In this document: in pieces, positions 1-10,533 of the stretch
Position numbering within the stretch: the first letter of the stretch is position 1
How the letters are laid out: each line of letters opens with the position of its first letter
NCBI GenBank assembly: GCA_963704165.1
Contig: CAVPHD010000001.1
Coordinates: forward strand, 288,001-352,000
Direction of reading: 5' to 3'
DNA: 64,000 bases
From: an uncultured delta proteobacterium
GTDB lineage: Bacteria > Myxococcota_A > UBA9160 > SZUA-336
Program-made: the position numbers and the translations under genes
Notes under the pieces: generated by a model
What the model saw: the letters and a program-made list of their open reading frames with translations, nothing else
The model's database searches: none
What the model was told of the DNA's origin: nothing

Positions 1-734
1 GTGGGCTCGAGACCGGAGAGATCCTCGGCGATCTCGACCCAGGCGACGACGCGCGGCGCGATCTCGAGCGAGAGCGCGCTCGGCGTCGGATCGAACGCCG
101 TGAGCTGCGTGAGCTGCCCGAAGAGCGCGAAGTCGCAAGCGGCGGGACGCGCACCGAGCACGAAACGCGAGTTCTCGAAAGCCGCGGCGAGAACCTTCAA
201 GAGCCGTCGGTAGCTCTCCTCGATCACCGGACCCGTCGTCGGGTTCGAGCCAACGACGCCGAGCCGGCCGATCTGGCGCTCGGCGAACATCTTTCCCATC
301 GCGAGCGCCTCGCTCTCCGGCTGATCCGTCTTGCGCCAGCGCGGCAGGATCGCGGACGCCTTCGCGATGTCGGCCGCGTACGCCCAGCGGTAGTGGAACA
401 TCGCCTTGGTGAGCCACTCGTCCGCGAAATCTTCGATCAACGAATCGAGGTAGGCGACGACGGGATCGGACGGGATCACCGATCGGCCCGCGTGGAGTGA
501 CTCGAGCTCGCGAATCAGAGGCGTGGAATCGGTTCGCGCCTCGAGTGCCCCGTCCTTGCCCGGCAGGATCAGCTGTGGGAGCAGCTCGACGCGCGGTCTC
601 GGCAGCATGCGCGCGTCCGCGCCGCCGGCCTGCACCCAGACGTACGGAATGCGCCGGTAGCGCAGAACCGCTCGCAGCTTTCGGCTGTACGGCGAACCGG
701 GCGCCCCGACCATGGTGAGTGTTCCCGAGTCCAT
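1..734 (-). CDS. Glutathione S-transferase-like protein (3' end runs off the window)
   Basis: Manual translation from ATG at 734: MDSGTLTMVGAPGSPYSRKLRAVLRYRRIPYVW...DSTPLIRELE...IEDFADEWLTKAMFHYRW. Same motifs as the GST at 7784. Absent from the ORF track because there is no stop in the window. Confidence 0.85.
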   Translation of the reverse strand, partial: MDSGTLTMVGAPGSPYSRKLRAVLRYRRIPYVWVQAGGADARMLPRPRVELLPQLILPGKDGALEARTDSTPLIRELESLHAGRSVIPSDPVVAYLDSLIEDFADEWLTKAMFHYRWAYAADIAKASAILPRWRKTDQPESEALAMGKMFAERQIGRLGVVGSNPTTGPVIEESYRRLLKVLAAAFENSRFVLGARPAACDFALFGQLTQLTAFDPTPSALSLEIAPRVVAWVEIAEDLSGLEP

Positions 735-747
735 TCCGCTTCTCCCG

Positions 748-1374
748 TCAGCCCTTTCCAAGGCTGTTCACGAGTGTGAGTGCGATCCGCTCGATCGCCG
801 CCTTCGCGCGTTCCCTTCCGAGTCGCTGATCGACGCGCAGGCGGTCCCAGATCTCGAACGACGCGGCGGCATCGAGTGCCTCGACGAGGTCCGCGGGCGC
901 GCGTCGAAGCTCCGGCAGCCAGCCGAGCAGGTCCGCCCGCAGCGCGCGCACGAACTGTGCGTGTCGTCGGGCGACGAACGCCGACCTCCAGCGCTGCAGA
1001 TTCCCGGAACGCTTGTACGGAGCGATCTGCTCGAAGAGGCGGGTTCGCCGCTCGACGAGACCGTGCACACGTTCTTCGCGAGTGCCGCCGGGATGCTCCT
1101 CTCGAAGCAGCGGCAGGGCCTGCGTCTGCACGCGCTCGTCGATCTCGGCGAGCAGACTGTCCATGTCGGAGAAGTGCCGGAAGACGGTGCGAATCCCGAC
1201 CTTCGCGCGCGCGGCGACCTGCTGCGCCGTGGGTTGCAGAATTCCGGCTCCAACCAGATCGAAGAGCGCCTGCACCATCGCGGCCCGGCTTCTCTCGCTG
1301 CGCCGGACGCGGCCATCCGCGGCTTCGCCCTCGGGCTTGGCCGCGCGCGCGCGCGTGCGACTCAGCTCTCGCAC
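748..1374 (-). CDS. TetR/AcrR family transcriptional regulator
   Basis: HTH PTAQQVAARAKVGIRTVFRHFSDMDSL in the C-terminal part of ORF 748..2364. Start placed at GTG 1374, overlapping the upstream stop (start uncertain). Confidence 0.85.
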   Translation of the reverse strand: MRELSRTRARAAKPEGEAADGRVRRSERSRAAMVQALFDLVGAGILQPTAQQVAARAKVGIRTVFRHFSDMDSLLAEIDERVQTQALPLLREEHPGGTREERVHGLVERRTRLFEQIAPYKRSGNLQRWRSAFVARRHAQFVRALRADLLGWLPELRRAPADLVEALDAAASFEIWDRLRVDQRLGRERAKAAIERIALTLVNSLGKG

Positions 1375-2702
1375 GAGAAGATCCTGCCGCCGACCTTTCG
1401 CACGCGGCAGCCGTCGAGAGCGGCGTCGAGTCCGAGCAGCTCGGTTCCGTTCGCGAAGGCCCCGAGCAAGCTCTCGATCTCCACGCGCCCCGTGTCCTTG
1501 GCGACGCAGTCTCGGATCACGTCGGCGAGGCGCTGGAGCATCCAGACATGATACGCGACGACCATTCGCCGCTCGCGCAGGCCGCCGAGCTCGAATTCGT
1601 GGGTCAACGGGCCATCGCCGGTCTGAAGCGCCTCGAACCCGGGAGTCGGCGTGAACGTCTTGCCCGGCAGCTCGGCGCCCGGCGCGTGCTGCCCGCTCGC
1701 GAGGTACGCGCGCAGCGTCGCGAGCGTGCTCTTCAGCATCGGCCACATCTCGCTGAAGAACACCTCGAGCACGGGAAGGAGCGTCGGCGCGATCCGATCG
1801 TCGCCGAGCCACTCCCCGCCGTCGCTCGTCGCAGGCCGCCCGACGAGCGTTCCGTCCGGACCGAGGGAGTAGAGCTTCTGTCCGTAGCTTCGCGCGTTGA
1901 GGTCGCAGGTGTGGTTCGTGCGCTCGACCCACTCGCTGACCAGCGGAAAGCGCGTACGCAGCCGGAAGCCCGCGACCGGATCGCGGTAGAGGTGCGCGTA
2001 GAGCGGACCGAGCAGGCCGAAGTCGGCGAGCGACGGAAGCCCGCCGAGGGCGAAGTCGTGCACGGAGAAGTGCGCCTCGAGCCGCTCGAGCAGTCGCGTG
2101 TTGCTCGCTTCCCAGGCCGGGATCATCCGCTCCGTGGCGCCGAGCGCGACGAGCCCCGCGAAGATGCCGTGTGGATTCGAGTACCCGAGGTTTACGCCCA
2201 AGCCCGTCGCGAACATCCGCTGCGCGGCCTGTCTTCGCGTCGCGCCGTCGGCACCGGCGGCGAAGAATGCCCCCCACTGCTGCTCGTTGAACGCGGCATG
2301 GTTCGGCTCGACGCCCTCGAGCGAGTGAACCCAGCGCTCGAGAAACCCGTAGACCACCATCCACTCGTCGGCGAGAAGCTCGATCAGATGACTCACGAGC
2401 CGCTGCTTCGGCGCGGCGTCGGCGGGCGGAATGACTGCGGGCAACGGGTGCGCGCGTTCGCAGTAGTCGAGGATCTCACTCGAGTCCTGCACCCACGTTC
2501 CGTCGGGCGCGAGAAGCTGCGGGACGACGTTCGACTGCGTGGCGGGAACCAGGAGACCGAAGATCAGCTCCGGCGTCGCGAGGATGTCTTCGTACTCGAG
2601 TGCGCCCCCGTGTGCCTTGTAGCGCAGAAACGCCCGGACCTTTCCAGAGAAGTAACTGTGCTCCCAGGAGAACAGGCGGTAGGGCGAAGTCGGAACGTGC
2701 AC
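1362..2702 (-). CDS. Extended GST-like protein (about 446 aa)
   Basis: SYFSGKVRAFLRYK, VPQL...VQDSSEI, ELLADEW and GGLPSLADFGLLGPLYAHLYRDP motifs. Start GTG 2702 (alternative ATG 2723). Confidence 0.8.
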   Translation of the reverse strand: MHVPTSPYRLFSWEHSYFSGKVRAFLRYKAHGGALEYEDILATPELIFGLLVPATQSNVVPQLLAPDGTWVQDSSEILDYCERAHPLPAVIPPADAAPKQRLVSHLIELLADEWMVVYGFLERWVHSLEGVEPNHAAFNEQQWGAFFAAGADGATRRQAAQRMFATGLGVNLGYSNPHGIFAGLVALGATERMIPAWEASNTRLLERLEAHFSVHDFALGGLPSLADFGLLGPLYAHLYRDPVAGFRLRTRFPLVSEWVERTNHTCDLNARSYGQKLYSLGPDGTLVGRPATSDGGEWLGDDRIAPTLLPVLEVFFSEMWPMLKSTLATLRAYLASGQHAPGAELPGKTFTPTPGFEALQTGDGPLTHEFELGGLRERRMVVAYHVWMLQRLADVIRDCVAKDTGRVEIESLLGAFANGTELLGLDAALDGCRVRKVGGRIFSCES

Positions 2703-2708
2703 TTTTGT

Positions 2709-2733
2709 ATTTTGGCACTTCATATGCCACGAT
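2709..2733. promoter_or_regulatory. Back-to-back divergent extended -10 elements around a TGGCA-N7-TGCCA palindrome (candidate TetR operator)
   Basis: TGGCACTTCATATGCCA at 2713-2729. The minus strand reads TGcCAAAAT 6 nt before GTG 2702; the plus strand reads TGcCACGAT 8 nt before GTG 2742. Confidence 0.5.
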
Positions 2734-2741
2734 GTAAAGCC

Positions 2742-4070
2742 GTGGACACAGGCCTCGTCCGGTTGATCTCGCCGCTCCTGGTGCGGACTCTCACCAGCCC
2801 CCGCACGCGCGACGCGCGACGCTGGCTCGCCGAGCGCAGACGCCGACTTCGCTCCGAACCGCACCGGATCGACTACTTCCACCAGGTCGACGATCCGTAC
2901 GGCCAGCTCGCCGCGCAGGTCCTGGCGCCGCTGGTCGAACGCTACGACGTCGAGATCGCGCCGCACCTCGTCGGAAAGCCACCCGACGCCGCGGCTCCCG
3001 ATCGCGTGCGCCTCGAGGCCTTCGCCCTGCGCGACGCGGCCGACGTCGCGCCCGGCTACGGGCTCGTCTTTCCGTCGAAGGCCACGGCACCGGATGCGAC
3101 CTCGCTCGAACGAGCGTCCTCGATCCTCGCGCGCGCGATCTCGTCGGGTGGGTTCACGAACGCCGCCGCTCGCGTCGGCTCCGCGCTCTTCGGTGGCGAC
3201 GCGAGCGCGCTCGAAGGTCTCGCACGAGAGCTCGGCGAGGCTGGCGAATCAGAGGTTCGTGGACAGACGGAGACGGGCGACCGCCTTCGCGCGCGACTCG
3301 GTCACTATCTCGGAGCGATGTTCCACTACGGCGGCGAGTGGTACTGGGGCGTCGATCGGCTCTGGCACCTCGAGCGGCGACTGCAGTCTCTCGGATTGTT
3401 GCGATCTGGAATGAGTGCGGAGCCGATCGCGAGGCGCCCGGAGCTGCAGAGCCGGCCGACCGAGGCCGCACCGCGCTCCTTCGCGCTCGAGTTCTACCCA
3501 TCGCTGCGCAGCCCGTACACGGCGATCGTCATGGAACGCGTCTACGAGCTCGCGCGCCGGACCTCGGTCGAGCTCGTTCTTCGTCCGGTGCTGCCGATGG
3601 TGATGCGCGGCCTGCCCGTGCCGCGCGCGAAGCAGGTCTACATCATGCTCGACACCAAGCGCGAGGCCGAAGACGCCGGCGTCTCGTTTGGAAACGTCTG
3701 CGATCCCGTCGGCGCGCCGGTCGAACGCGGATTCTCGCTCTATCCATGGGCGCGGGAGCGAGGACGCGCCGCGGAGTACCTGGGCGCGTTCACGCGCGCC
3801 GCGTTTGCCGAGGGCGTCGATACCGGTCGCGACACGGGTTTGCGTCACGTCGTCGAGCGCGCGGGCCTCGACTGGGAGGACGCCAAGCCGCACCTCGACG
3901 GCGACACGTGGCGCGCCGAGCTCGAGGAGAACCGGATCGCGCTCCTCGCGCTCGGGCTCTGGGGCGTGCCGAGCTTCTGCCTGCGCGCGAGCTCCGGCGA
4001 GGCGCTCTACTCGACCTGGGGCCAGGACCGCCTCTTCCGTGTCGAGCAGGAGATCCGAGCACGCCTCTGA
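2742..4070 (+). CDS. Tandem two-domain DsbA / 2-hydroxychromene-2-carboxylate isomerase (kappa-GST) family protein
   Basis: Two thioredoxin-like modules: YFHQVDDPYG...YWGVDRL and FYPSLRSPYT...GLWGVPSF...WGQDRL. Confidence 0.8.
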   Translation: MDTGLVRLISPLLVRTLTSPRTRDARRWLAERRRRLRSEPHRIDYFHQVDDPYGQLAAQVLAPLVERYDVEIAPHLVGKPPDAAAPDRVRLEAFALRDAADVAPGYGLVFPSKATAPDATSLERASSILARAISSGGFTNAAARVGSALFGGDASALEGLARELGEAGESEVRGQTETGDRLRARLGHYLGAMFHYGGEWYWGVDRLWHLERRLQSLGLLRSGMSAEPIARRPELQSRPTEAAPRSFALEFYPSLRSPYTAIVMERVYELARRTSVELVLRPVLPMVMRGLPVPRAKQVYIMLDTKREAEDAGVSFGNVCDPVGAPVERGFSLYPWARERGRAAEYLGAFTRAAFAEGVDTGRDTGLRHVVERAGLDWEDAKPHLDGDTWRAELEENRIALLALGLWGVPSFCLRASSGEALYSTWGQDRLFRVEQEIRARL

Positions 4071-4076
4071 CGCCGA

Positions 4077-5441
4077 TCAGCGTCCCTTGTTGAGCCGCCC
4101 GATGTCGACGAGGCGCCGGATGTCGCCCTTGCTTCCCGGCGGTCCGCCGCGGTTGTTCCAGACCTCGATGCGGTTTCCGGTTCCGCTCTGCACGTTGACG
4201 ATGATCTGCGACGCGAGGCGCAACGTCCGCACTTCGTCCACGCCTTCCCACGTCGGATTGTAGACGCCGGTGCTGGACATCGGATCTTTCGACTCCGGTG
4301 TCTTCCCGAGCCAGTCCTCGGTCCAGCGGAAGTTGTGCCAGATCAGCTTCCACAGCTCCTTCTTTCGATCGTACGCGGAGCTGTAGAGCGGCTGATAGGT
4401 CTGCTTGTCGATCCAGATGTCCTTGTGATCGTACGGGTGATCCTCGTTCTTCGGGTCGAAGCGGATCAGGAAGGCGTCGCGTAGCTCCCAGCGGTCGTTC
4501 GCGTACGAGAACCCGTACGGACCGTAGTTGTAGTCGTCGGAATAGGGGTACCCGAGCTTCGTCGCGTTCACCGGATGGATCATTCGGCGCTCATCGAGGC
4601 AGGTCCACTCGTACTGCGGCGGGACGCCGGCGAAGCTGCGCAGGTCGTCCATCGTGAAGTCGGTGCCCTGGATCGAGTCGGTGCGCTGGGCCTGCGAGAT
4701 CCTGCGCACGCGACGCAGGTCGGGGATGTAGACCCAGAGGTCGTCGTTGCGCGCCTGGTCGAGCGGACCGTCGGAGGCCTTGTAGCGGTACGAGAGCGTC
4801 ATGATCCCGCGGGCGTCGAACGGCTCCATGACCGTCACGCCGCCGCCCGACAGGCGCTTCTCCTTCTCGAAGACGTCGCCACGCGATTCGATGTACTGCG
4901 GCTCGACGCGCTGCGAGAGCGCGACTCCCTCCGACATGCCTTTGTAGAAGAGAGGAAGCTGCTCGCCGCGATCCCAGTAGCTGTAGAAGAAGTTGGTCTT
5001 CCAACCGCTCCCACCCCAGGACTTGATGAAATTCCAGATGACCTTGAGCCCTGCCTCGGGATCGCCCTTGCAGTCGATCTTCTCCGTCGCAAAGGGCCGG
5101 CCCGCGGTGAATCCGACCAGCGCGCCGTCGCGTCCGATCTTCACGTCTTTCTGCCAGCGTTTCGTCGCCTCGACGAAAACCGACGACTCGCTGTAGTCGC
5201 GGTTCGTCGGGCCGATCGAAATCTGCATTCCCTCGTAGAAGAAGAACTCGCGGTTCTCCCAGAACTGCGGGGGCAGGTAGTCCTTCAGCTTGTCGACCTG
5301 CTCGAAGCCGAGGACGTCGCCTTCCTGGAAGCCGGGCTGTGGAATCGCGTCCTGAGTGCGCTCCTCGGCGCGCGCGCCGAACGCGACGACGTTCGACAGG
5401 ACGAGAGCGAGAAGCGCCGATCTGACGATGGACGAACTCAC
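4077..5441 (-). CDS. DUF1329 domain / outer-membrane lipoprotein-sorting-like secreted protein
   Basis: Signal peptide ending ARA. Family-typical WVYIPDLRRVRRIS...RTDSIQGTDFTMDD and YDRKKELWK segments. Confidence 0.75.
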   Translation of the reverse strand: MSSSIVRSALLALVLSNVVAFGARAEERTQDAIPQPGFQEGDVLGFEQVDKLKDYLPPQFWENREFFFYEGMQISIGPTNRDYSESSVFVEATKRWQKDVKIGRDGALVGFTAGRPFATEKIDCKGDPEAGLKVIWNFIKSWGGSGWKTNFFYSYWDRGEQLPLFYKGMSEGVALSQRVEPQYIESRGDVFEKEKRLSGGGVTVMEPFDARGIMTLSYRYKASDGPLDQARNDDLWVYIPDLRRVRRISQAQRTDSIQGTDFTMDDLRSFAGVPPQYEWTCLDERRMIHPVNATKLGYPYSDDYNYGPYGFSYANDRWELRDAFLIRFDPKNEDHPYDHKDIWIDKQTYQPLYSSAYDRKKELWKLIWHNFRWTEDWLGKTPESKDPMSSTGVYNPTWEGVDEVRTLRLASQIIVNVQSGTGNRIEVWNNRGGPPGSKGDIRRLVDIGRLNKGR

Positions 5442-5444
5442 GAT

Positions 5445-5837
5445 TCAGATGACTCCCTGGGTCGTTGCGATCAGCCACTGGCTCTCGAGGCCTGCGGCGC
5501 GGTGCACGCCGATCCCGGCGACCTCCGCGCTGGTGGCGATCTCGACGAACTTCGCGCGCGACGGATACTCGACCAGCGCCACCATGTGATAGCCGGGATC
5601 CTCGTCGGCGATCACCATCGAATCGACCCGGCCCGCGAAGAGGAACCGGCCCCCGTTCGCCTCGACGATCTTTCGCATGGCCGATCCGTAGCGGTTGTAC
5701 GCCTCGACGCCGGAGACGCCCTCGTCCGGTGCGTCGGCGCGCTCCTTGAACCGAAGCAGATTCACCATCACGATCGGCGTTCCCGGCGGACCCTCGAGCA
5801 GGGCCTTGAGTTGTTCGGGCTTCGGATAGATCGGCAT
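5445..5837 (-). CDS. DUF1330 domain protein
   Basis: PIVMVNLLRFKERA...AYNRYG...LVEYPSR...HRAAGL; GGAGG SD before ATG 5837. Confidence 0.8.
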   Translation of the reverse strand: MPIYPKPEQLKALLEGPPGTPIVMVNLLRFKERADAPDEGVSGVEAYNRYGSAMRKIVEANGGRFLFAGRVDSMVIADEDPGYHMVALVEYPSRAKFVEIATSAEVAGIGVHRAAGLESQWLIATTQGVI

Positions 5838-5887
5838 GCGTACCTCCACGGAGCGAATTGCGCCGCATTTTGGCACGTGAACTGTCA

Positions 5888-7663
5888 CTAGGGGAAGGGC
5901 GGCCGGGCGAAGCGGCGCCACAGCACGCGAGAGAGCCACGCCAGGACGAGAAGCAGCCCCGCGCCGATCGCGACGATGGCGACGGCGTAGCGCCGGATCA
6001 GGACCCAGGTCGTGTTCGCGGCGAGCTGGTCGAAGGTCGTGTAGCCCGCCGGAACCTCGAGCACTCCGACCGTCGTGGCGAAGCGGCGGTAGTCGTCGAG
6101 GAGCTCCGCGAAGCGCTCCGGCTCGAACGGGTCGAGGGCGCGCGTCTCGCCGGGATCGCTCTCGATGTCGTACAGATGAAACCGGCCGTCGCCGTAGGGC
6201 GGAAGGTCCTTCACGAGCTTGTACGAGCCCTTCCAGAGCGCGGCGTGGCCCGCCGCCTCCATGCCGACCGGCTCGTCGTCCGCGTACACGCGCTCGACGC
6301 GATCCCGCAGGACCGGAACGAGGCTGTGTCCGGTGATCGGTGCAAAAGCGGCGGGCACCTTCGCCGTGGCGGCTTCGAGGATCGTCGGCGTGATGTCGGT
6401 GACGTACGAGAACGCGCGCTCGGTCTGCCCGGGCACGACACCCGGGCCGGCGATCACGAGCGGTACGCGCACGCCTCCCTCGGCGGCGTGGAACTTGAAG
6501 AGCGCGCTCGGCGCGACGTTCGCGTTGGCCGCTTCCGCTCCGATCGCGGCGAACGTTCCCTTCTCGCCCAGACGCTCGATGTCGAGCGAGTAGCCGACGC
6601 TATCGAGCCAGTGGCGGAAGCCGACGTTCGCGACGGGATCGCCGGACTCTGCGCCGTTGTCGGAGAGAACGATGAAGAGCGTGTTCTCGTAAGCGCCGCT
6701 CTCACGGAGGTACGCGATCAACCGACCGAGGTGGTGATCCATCGCCTCGAGCATCCCCGCGTTCACCGCCATGTTCTTCGCCTGGAAGCGGCGCTCCTCC
6801 GCCGAGAGCGCGTTCCAATCGCGAAACGACTCGGGCGGCGGACGAAGCGGAGCCTCCGGCGAGACCAGACCGGTCGCGATCGCGCCGCGGTGTCGCCGTT
6901 CGCGCTGGGCCGGCCAGCCCCCGTCGTAGACGCCGTCGTAACGCTCGACGAACTCGCGCGGCGCCTGAATCGGAATGTGGATCGCCAGGAACGGCAGATA
7001 GGCGAAGAACGGCTGGCCGTCGCTCTTCGCAGCGTCGATGTACTCGATCATCCGATCGACGAGGAACTCGGACGAGTAGAAGTTCTCGGGCAGCCGCACG
7101 GGTCTTCCGTCTTCGAACCAGTCGGCGTCCTCGTAGATCGGCAGATACGGACGCTGCTCCCAGTTGTCTGCACCCGTGGCGTCGAGCGCGAACGAGCGCT
7201 CGAATCCCTGCCCGTCCGGGAGCGCACCGGGTGTGTGCCCCAGGTGCCACTTGCCCGTCATGTACGTGTGGTAGCCCGCACGGCGCAGGACTTCCGCGAC
7301 GGTGACGACGTTCTCCGCGAAGTGCCCGAGATAGCCCGGGCGCCCCTCGTGCTCGGGCGGGACGGTCTCGGGAAGATTTGCGACCCCGGCCGTGTGGCTG
7401 TCGAGTCCGGTCAGGAGCATCGCGCGAGACGGCGCGCACATCGGCGAGACGTGGAAGTTCGAGAAGCGCGCCCCGCGCGCCGCCAGCGCGTCGATGTTCG
7501 GCGTCGCGATCTCGCTGCCGTACGCGCCGAAATCGGTGTAGCCCGCATCGTCGACCAGGACGAGGACGACGTTCGGTCTCGCCACCTCGGCCGCCCGAGC
7601 GGAAGCCGCGGCGAAGAGCGCCAGCAGCAGAGTGGCCACGGATCGGGTGCAGAGCCTCGACAT
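5888..7663 (-). CDS. Arylsulfatase (formylglycine/Cys type), signal peptide plus C-terminal TM anchor
   Basis: RPNVVLVLVDD, CAPSRAMLLTG, GKWHLG, SDNG; hydrophobic C-terminal helix YAVAIVAIGAGLLLVLAWL. Confidence 0.92.
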   Translation of the reverse strand: MSRLCTRSVATLLLALFAAASARAAEVARPNVVLVLVDDAGYTDFGAYGSEIATPNIDALAARGARFSNFHVSPMCAPSRAMLLTGLDSHTAGVANLPETVPPEHEGRPGYLGHFAENVVTVAEVLRRAGYHTYMTGKWHLGHTPGALPDGQGFERSFALDATGADNWEQRPYLPIYEDADWFEDGRPVRLPENFYSSEFLVDRMIEYIDAAKSDGQPFFAYLPFLAIHIPIQAPREFVERYDGVYDGGWPAQRERRHRGAIATGLVSPEAPLRPPPESFRDWNALSAEERRFQAKNMAVNAGMLEAMDHHLGRLIAYLRESGAYENTLFIVLSDNGAESGDPVANVGFRHWLDSVGYSLDIERLGEKGTFAAIGAEAANANVAPSALFKFHAAEGGVRVPLVIAGPGVVPGQTERAFSYVTDITPTILEAATAKVPAAFAPITGHSLVPVLRDRVERVYADDEPVGMEAAGHAALWKGSYKLVKDLPPYGDGRFHLYDIESDPGETRALDPFEPERFAELLDDYRRFATTVGVLEVPAGYTTFDQLAANTTWVLIRRYAVAIVAIGAGLLLVLAWLSRVLWRRFARPPFP

Positions 7664-7702
7664 GAAACTTCCTCGCGGGTGGACGCACCGAAATTGGCAC
7701 TG

Positions 7703-7720
7703 GGAATGATAAATTATTCC
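7703..7720. promoter_or_regulatory. AT-rich imperfect palindrome, candidate operator between divergent genes
   Basis: GGAATGAT-AA-ATTATTCC (7 of 8 pairs) between the sulfatase and the GST operon. Confidence 0.4.
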
Positions 7721-7783
7721 GGAGCCGATTCTGGCAGGATGTCGCGAACCGGAGCCCGCGTGACCCGCGACGAGAGGAGCGAG

Positions 7784-8782
7784 ATGAGCACCCCCCACCG
7801 GATCTTTGGCGGCGAGATGTCCCCCTACTCCGTGAAGGTACGTTCGTACTTTCGCTACAAGGGAATCCCGCACCGCTGGATCGTGCGCAACATGGAGAGC
7901 CAGGCCGAGTACGGCAAGTACGCGAAGATCCCGATCGTCCCTCTGGTCGTCACGCCGGCCGACGAGGGCATTCAGGATTCGACGCCGATCATCGAGCGGA
8001 TCGAGACCGAGCACCCCGCTCCGTCGATCCACCCCTCCGAGCCCGTCGCCGCCTTCGTCTCTGCGTTGCTCGAGGAGTTCGGCGACGAGTGGGGCAACAA
8101 GTGGATGTTCCACTACCGCTGGGCGCGCGAGGTCGACCAGATCGCGTCCGCTGGTCGGATCGCGCGGGGAATGATGCCCGCCGCGAGCGACGAGCAGATC
8201 GCGGTCATGACGAATCAGATCCGCGAACGCATGGTGAGTCGCGTCTTCTTCGTCGGCTCGAGCGCGCAGACCGCTCCGCAGATCGAATCGTCGTTTCGCG
8301 AAGCGATCACGCTTCTCGACGCACACCTCGCGAACCGCCCCTATCTGATGGGCGCTCGGCCGTCGTTTGGCGACTTCGGGGTCTGGGCACAGCTCTACGA
8401 GGCGTGGACCGATCCCACCGCGGGCGCGCTGATCGAGGGCGGTGCGCAGCGGGTGCTCGACTGGCTGCACCGGATGCTCTGGCCGCGCGCCGAAGGCGAG
8501 TTCGAATCCTTCGCCGACCTCGAGCCGACGCTTCTGCCGCTGCTCTCGCGCCAGGTCGGGCGGCTCTTCCTGCCCTGGTCGGTCGCGAACGCGGCCGCGA
8601 TCGGCGCCGGGCGCGAGGAGTTCAGCGTCGAGCTCGACGGAAAGACCTGGACCCAGAAGCCGCAGAAGTACCACGCGAAGTCGCTGCAGGTGCTGCACGA
8701 GAAGTACGCATCGGTGCGCGACAAGGCCTCCCTCGACGCCGTGCTCGAGCGCGCCGGTTGTCTCGCGGGGCTGCGCGCTTGA
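7784..8782 (+). CDS. Glutathione S-transferase-like protein
   Basis: [63 protein letters not shown]. Confidence 0.88.
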   Translation: MSTPHRIFGGEMSPYSVKVRSYFRYKGIPHRWIVRNMESQAEYGKYAKIPIVPLVVTPADEGIQDSTPIIERIETEHPAPSIHPSEPVAAFVSALLEEFGDEWGNKWMFHYRWAREVDQIASAGRIARGMMPAASDEQIAVMTNQIRERMVSRVFFVGSSAQTAPQIESSFREAITLLDAHLANRPYLMGARPSFGDFGVWAQLYEAWTDPTAGALIEGGAQRVLDWLHRMLWPRAEGEFESFADLEPTLLPLLSRQVGRLFLPWSVANAAAIGAGREEFSVELDGKTWTQKPQKYHAKSLQVLHEKYASVRDKASLDAVLERAGCLAGLRA

Positions 8783-9462
8783 TCGATCTCTACACGTCGC
8801 CGACGCCGAACGGACACAAGGCGTCCGTCACGCTCGAGGAGCTCGGGCTCCGCTACGAGACGCACGCGATCGACCTCTCGAAGAACGTCCAGAAGGAGCC
8901 GTGGTTCCTGGCGCTGAATCCGAACGGGCGGATCCCGGTGATCGTCGACCGCGATCTCGACGACCTCGCGGTCTTCGAGACCGGCGCGATCATGATTCAC
9001 CTCGCCGAGAAGACCGGGCGCTTGCTGCCGACCGCGCCGGCGCCGCGCGCGCGCGTGATCGAGTGGCTGATGTTCCAGATGGGCGGGATCGGCCCGATGA
9101 TGGGGCAGGCGAACGTCTTCTTCCGCTACTTCCCCGAGAAGATCCAACCCGCGATCGACCGCTACCAGAACGAGTCGAGAAGGCTCTTCGAGGTGCTCGA
9201 CCGGCGGCTCGGCGAGAGCGAATGGCTCGGCGACGACTTCTCGATCGCCGACATCGCGAACTGGTGTTGGGTTCGCACCTACAAGTGGTCGGGGGTCTCG
9301 ATCGACGGACTCGCGAGCCTGCGCCGCTGGCTCGACGCGATGAAGGCGCGGCCCGCGTGCCAGCGCGGAATCGACGTTCCCTTCGCCGTCAAGAGCCTGC
9401 TCGCCGACGAGAAGGCAACCCAGGAATTCGCAGAACGCGCGCGCAGTACGCTGCAGCGTTGA
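8779..9462 (+). CDS. GST, YfcG/YghU (Nu-class)-like disulfide oxidoreductase
   Basis: TTG start overlapping the upstream [43 protein letters not shown]. Confidence 0.9.
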   Translation: MIDLYTSPTPNGHKASVTLEELGLRYETHAIDLSKNVQKEPWFLALNPNGRIPVIVDRDLDDLAVFETGAIMIHLAEKTGRLLPTAPAPRARVIEWLMFQMGGIGPMMGQANVFFRYFPEKIQPAIDRYQNESRRLFEVLDRRLGESEWLGDDFSIADIANWCWVRTYKWSGVSIDGLASLRRWLDAMKARPACQRGIDVPFAVKSLLADEKATQEFAERARSTLQR

Positions 9463-9481
9463 TCCACAGAAAGGAATCGTG

Positions 9482-10533
<1,052 letters not shown>

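Noticed and set aside
2709..7710. Sigma54 promoters at the TTGGCAC motifs (about 2712, 5870, 7694)
   Set aside because: The -12 TTGC element is poor or absent; on the minus strand all three read as extended -10 boxes (TGcCAAAAT/TGcCAATTT) ahead of genes.
780..8782. Apparent giant fusions (780..4070, 5858..8782, 5888..8698, and likewise 21814..25035, 27359..30535)
   Set aside because: The real genes occupy only the 3' ends; the extensions are stop-free shadow sequence of neighbouring genes.
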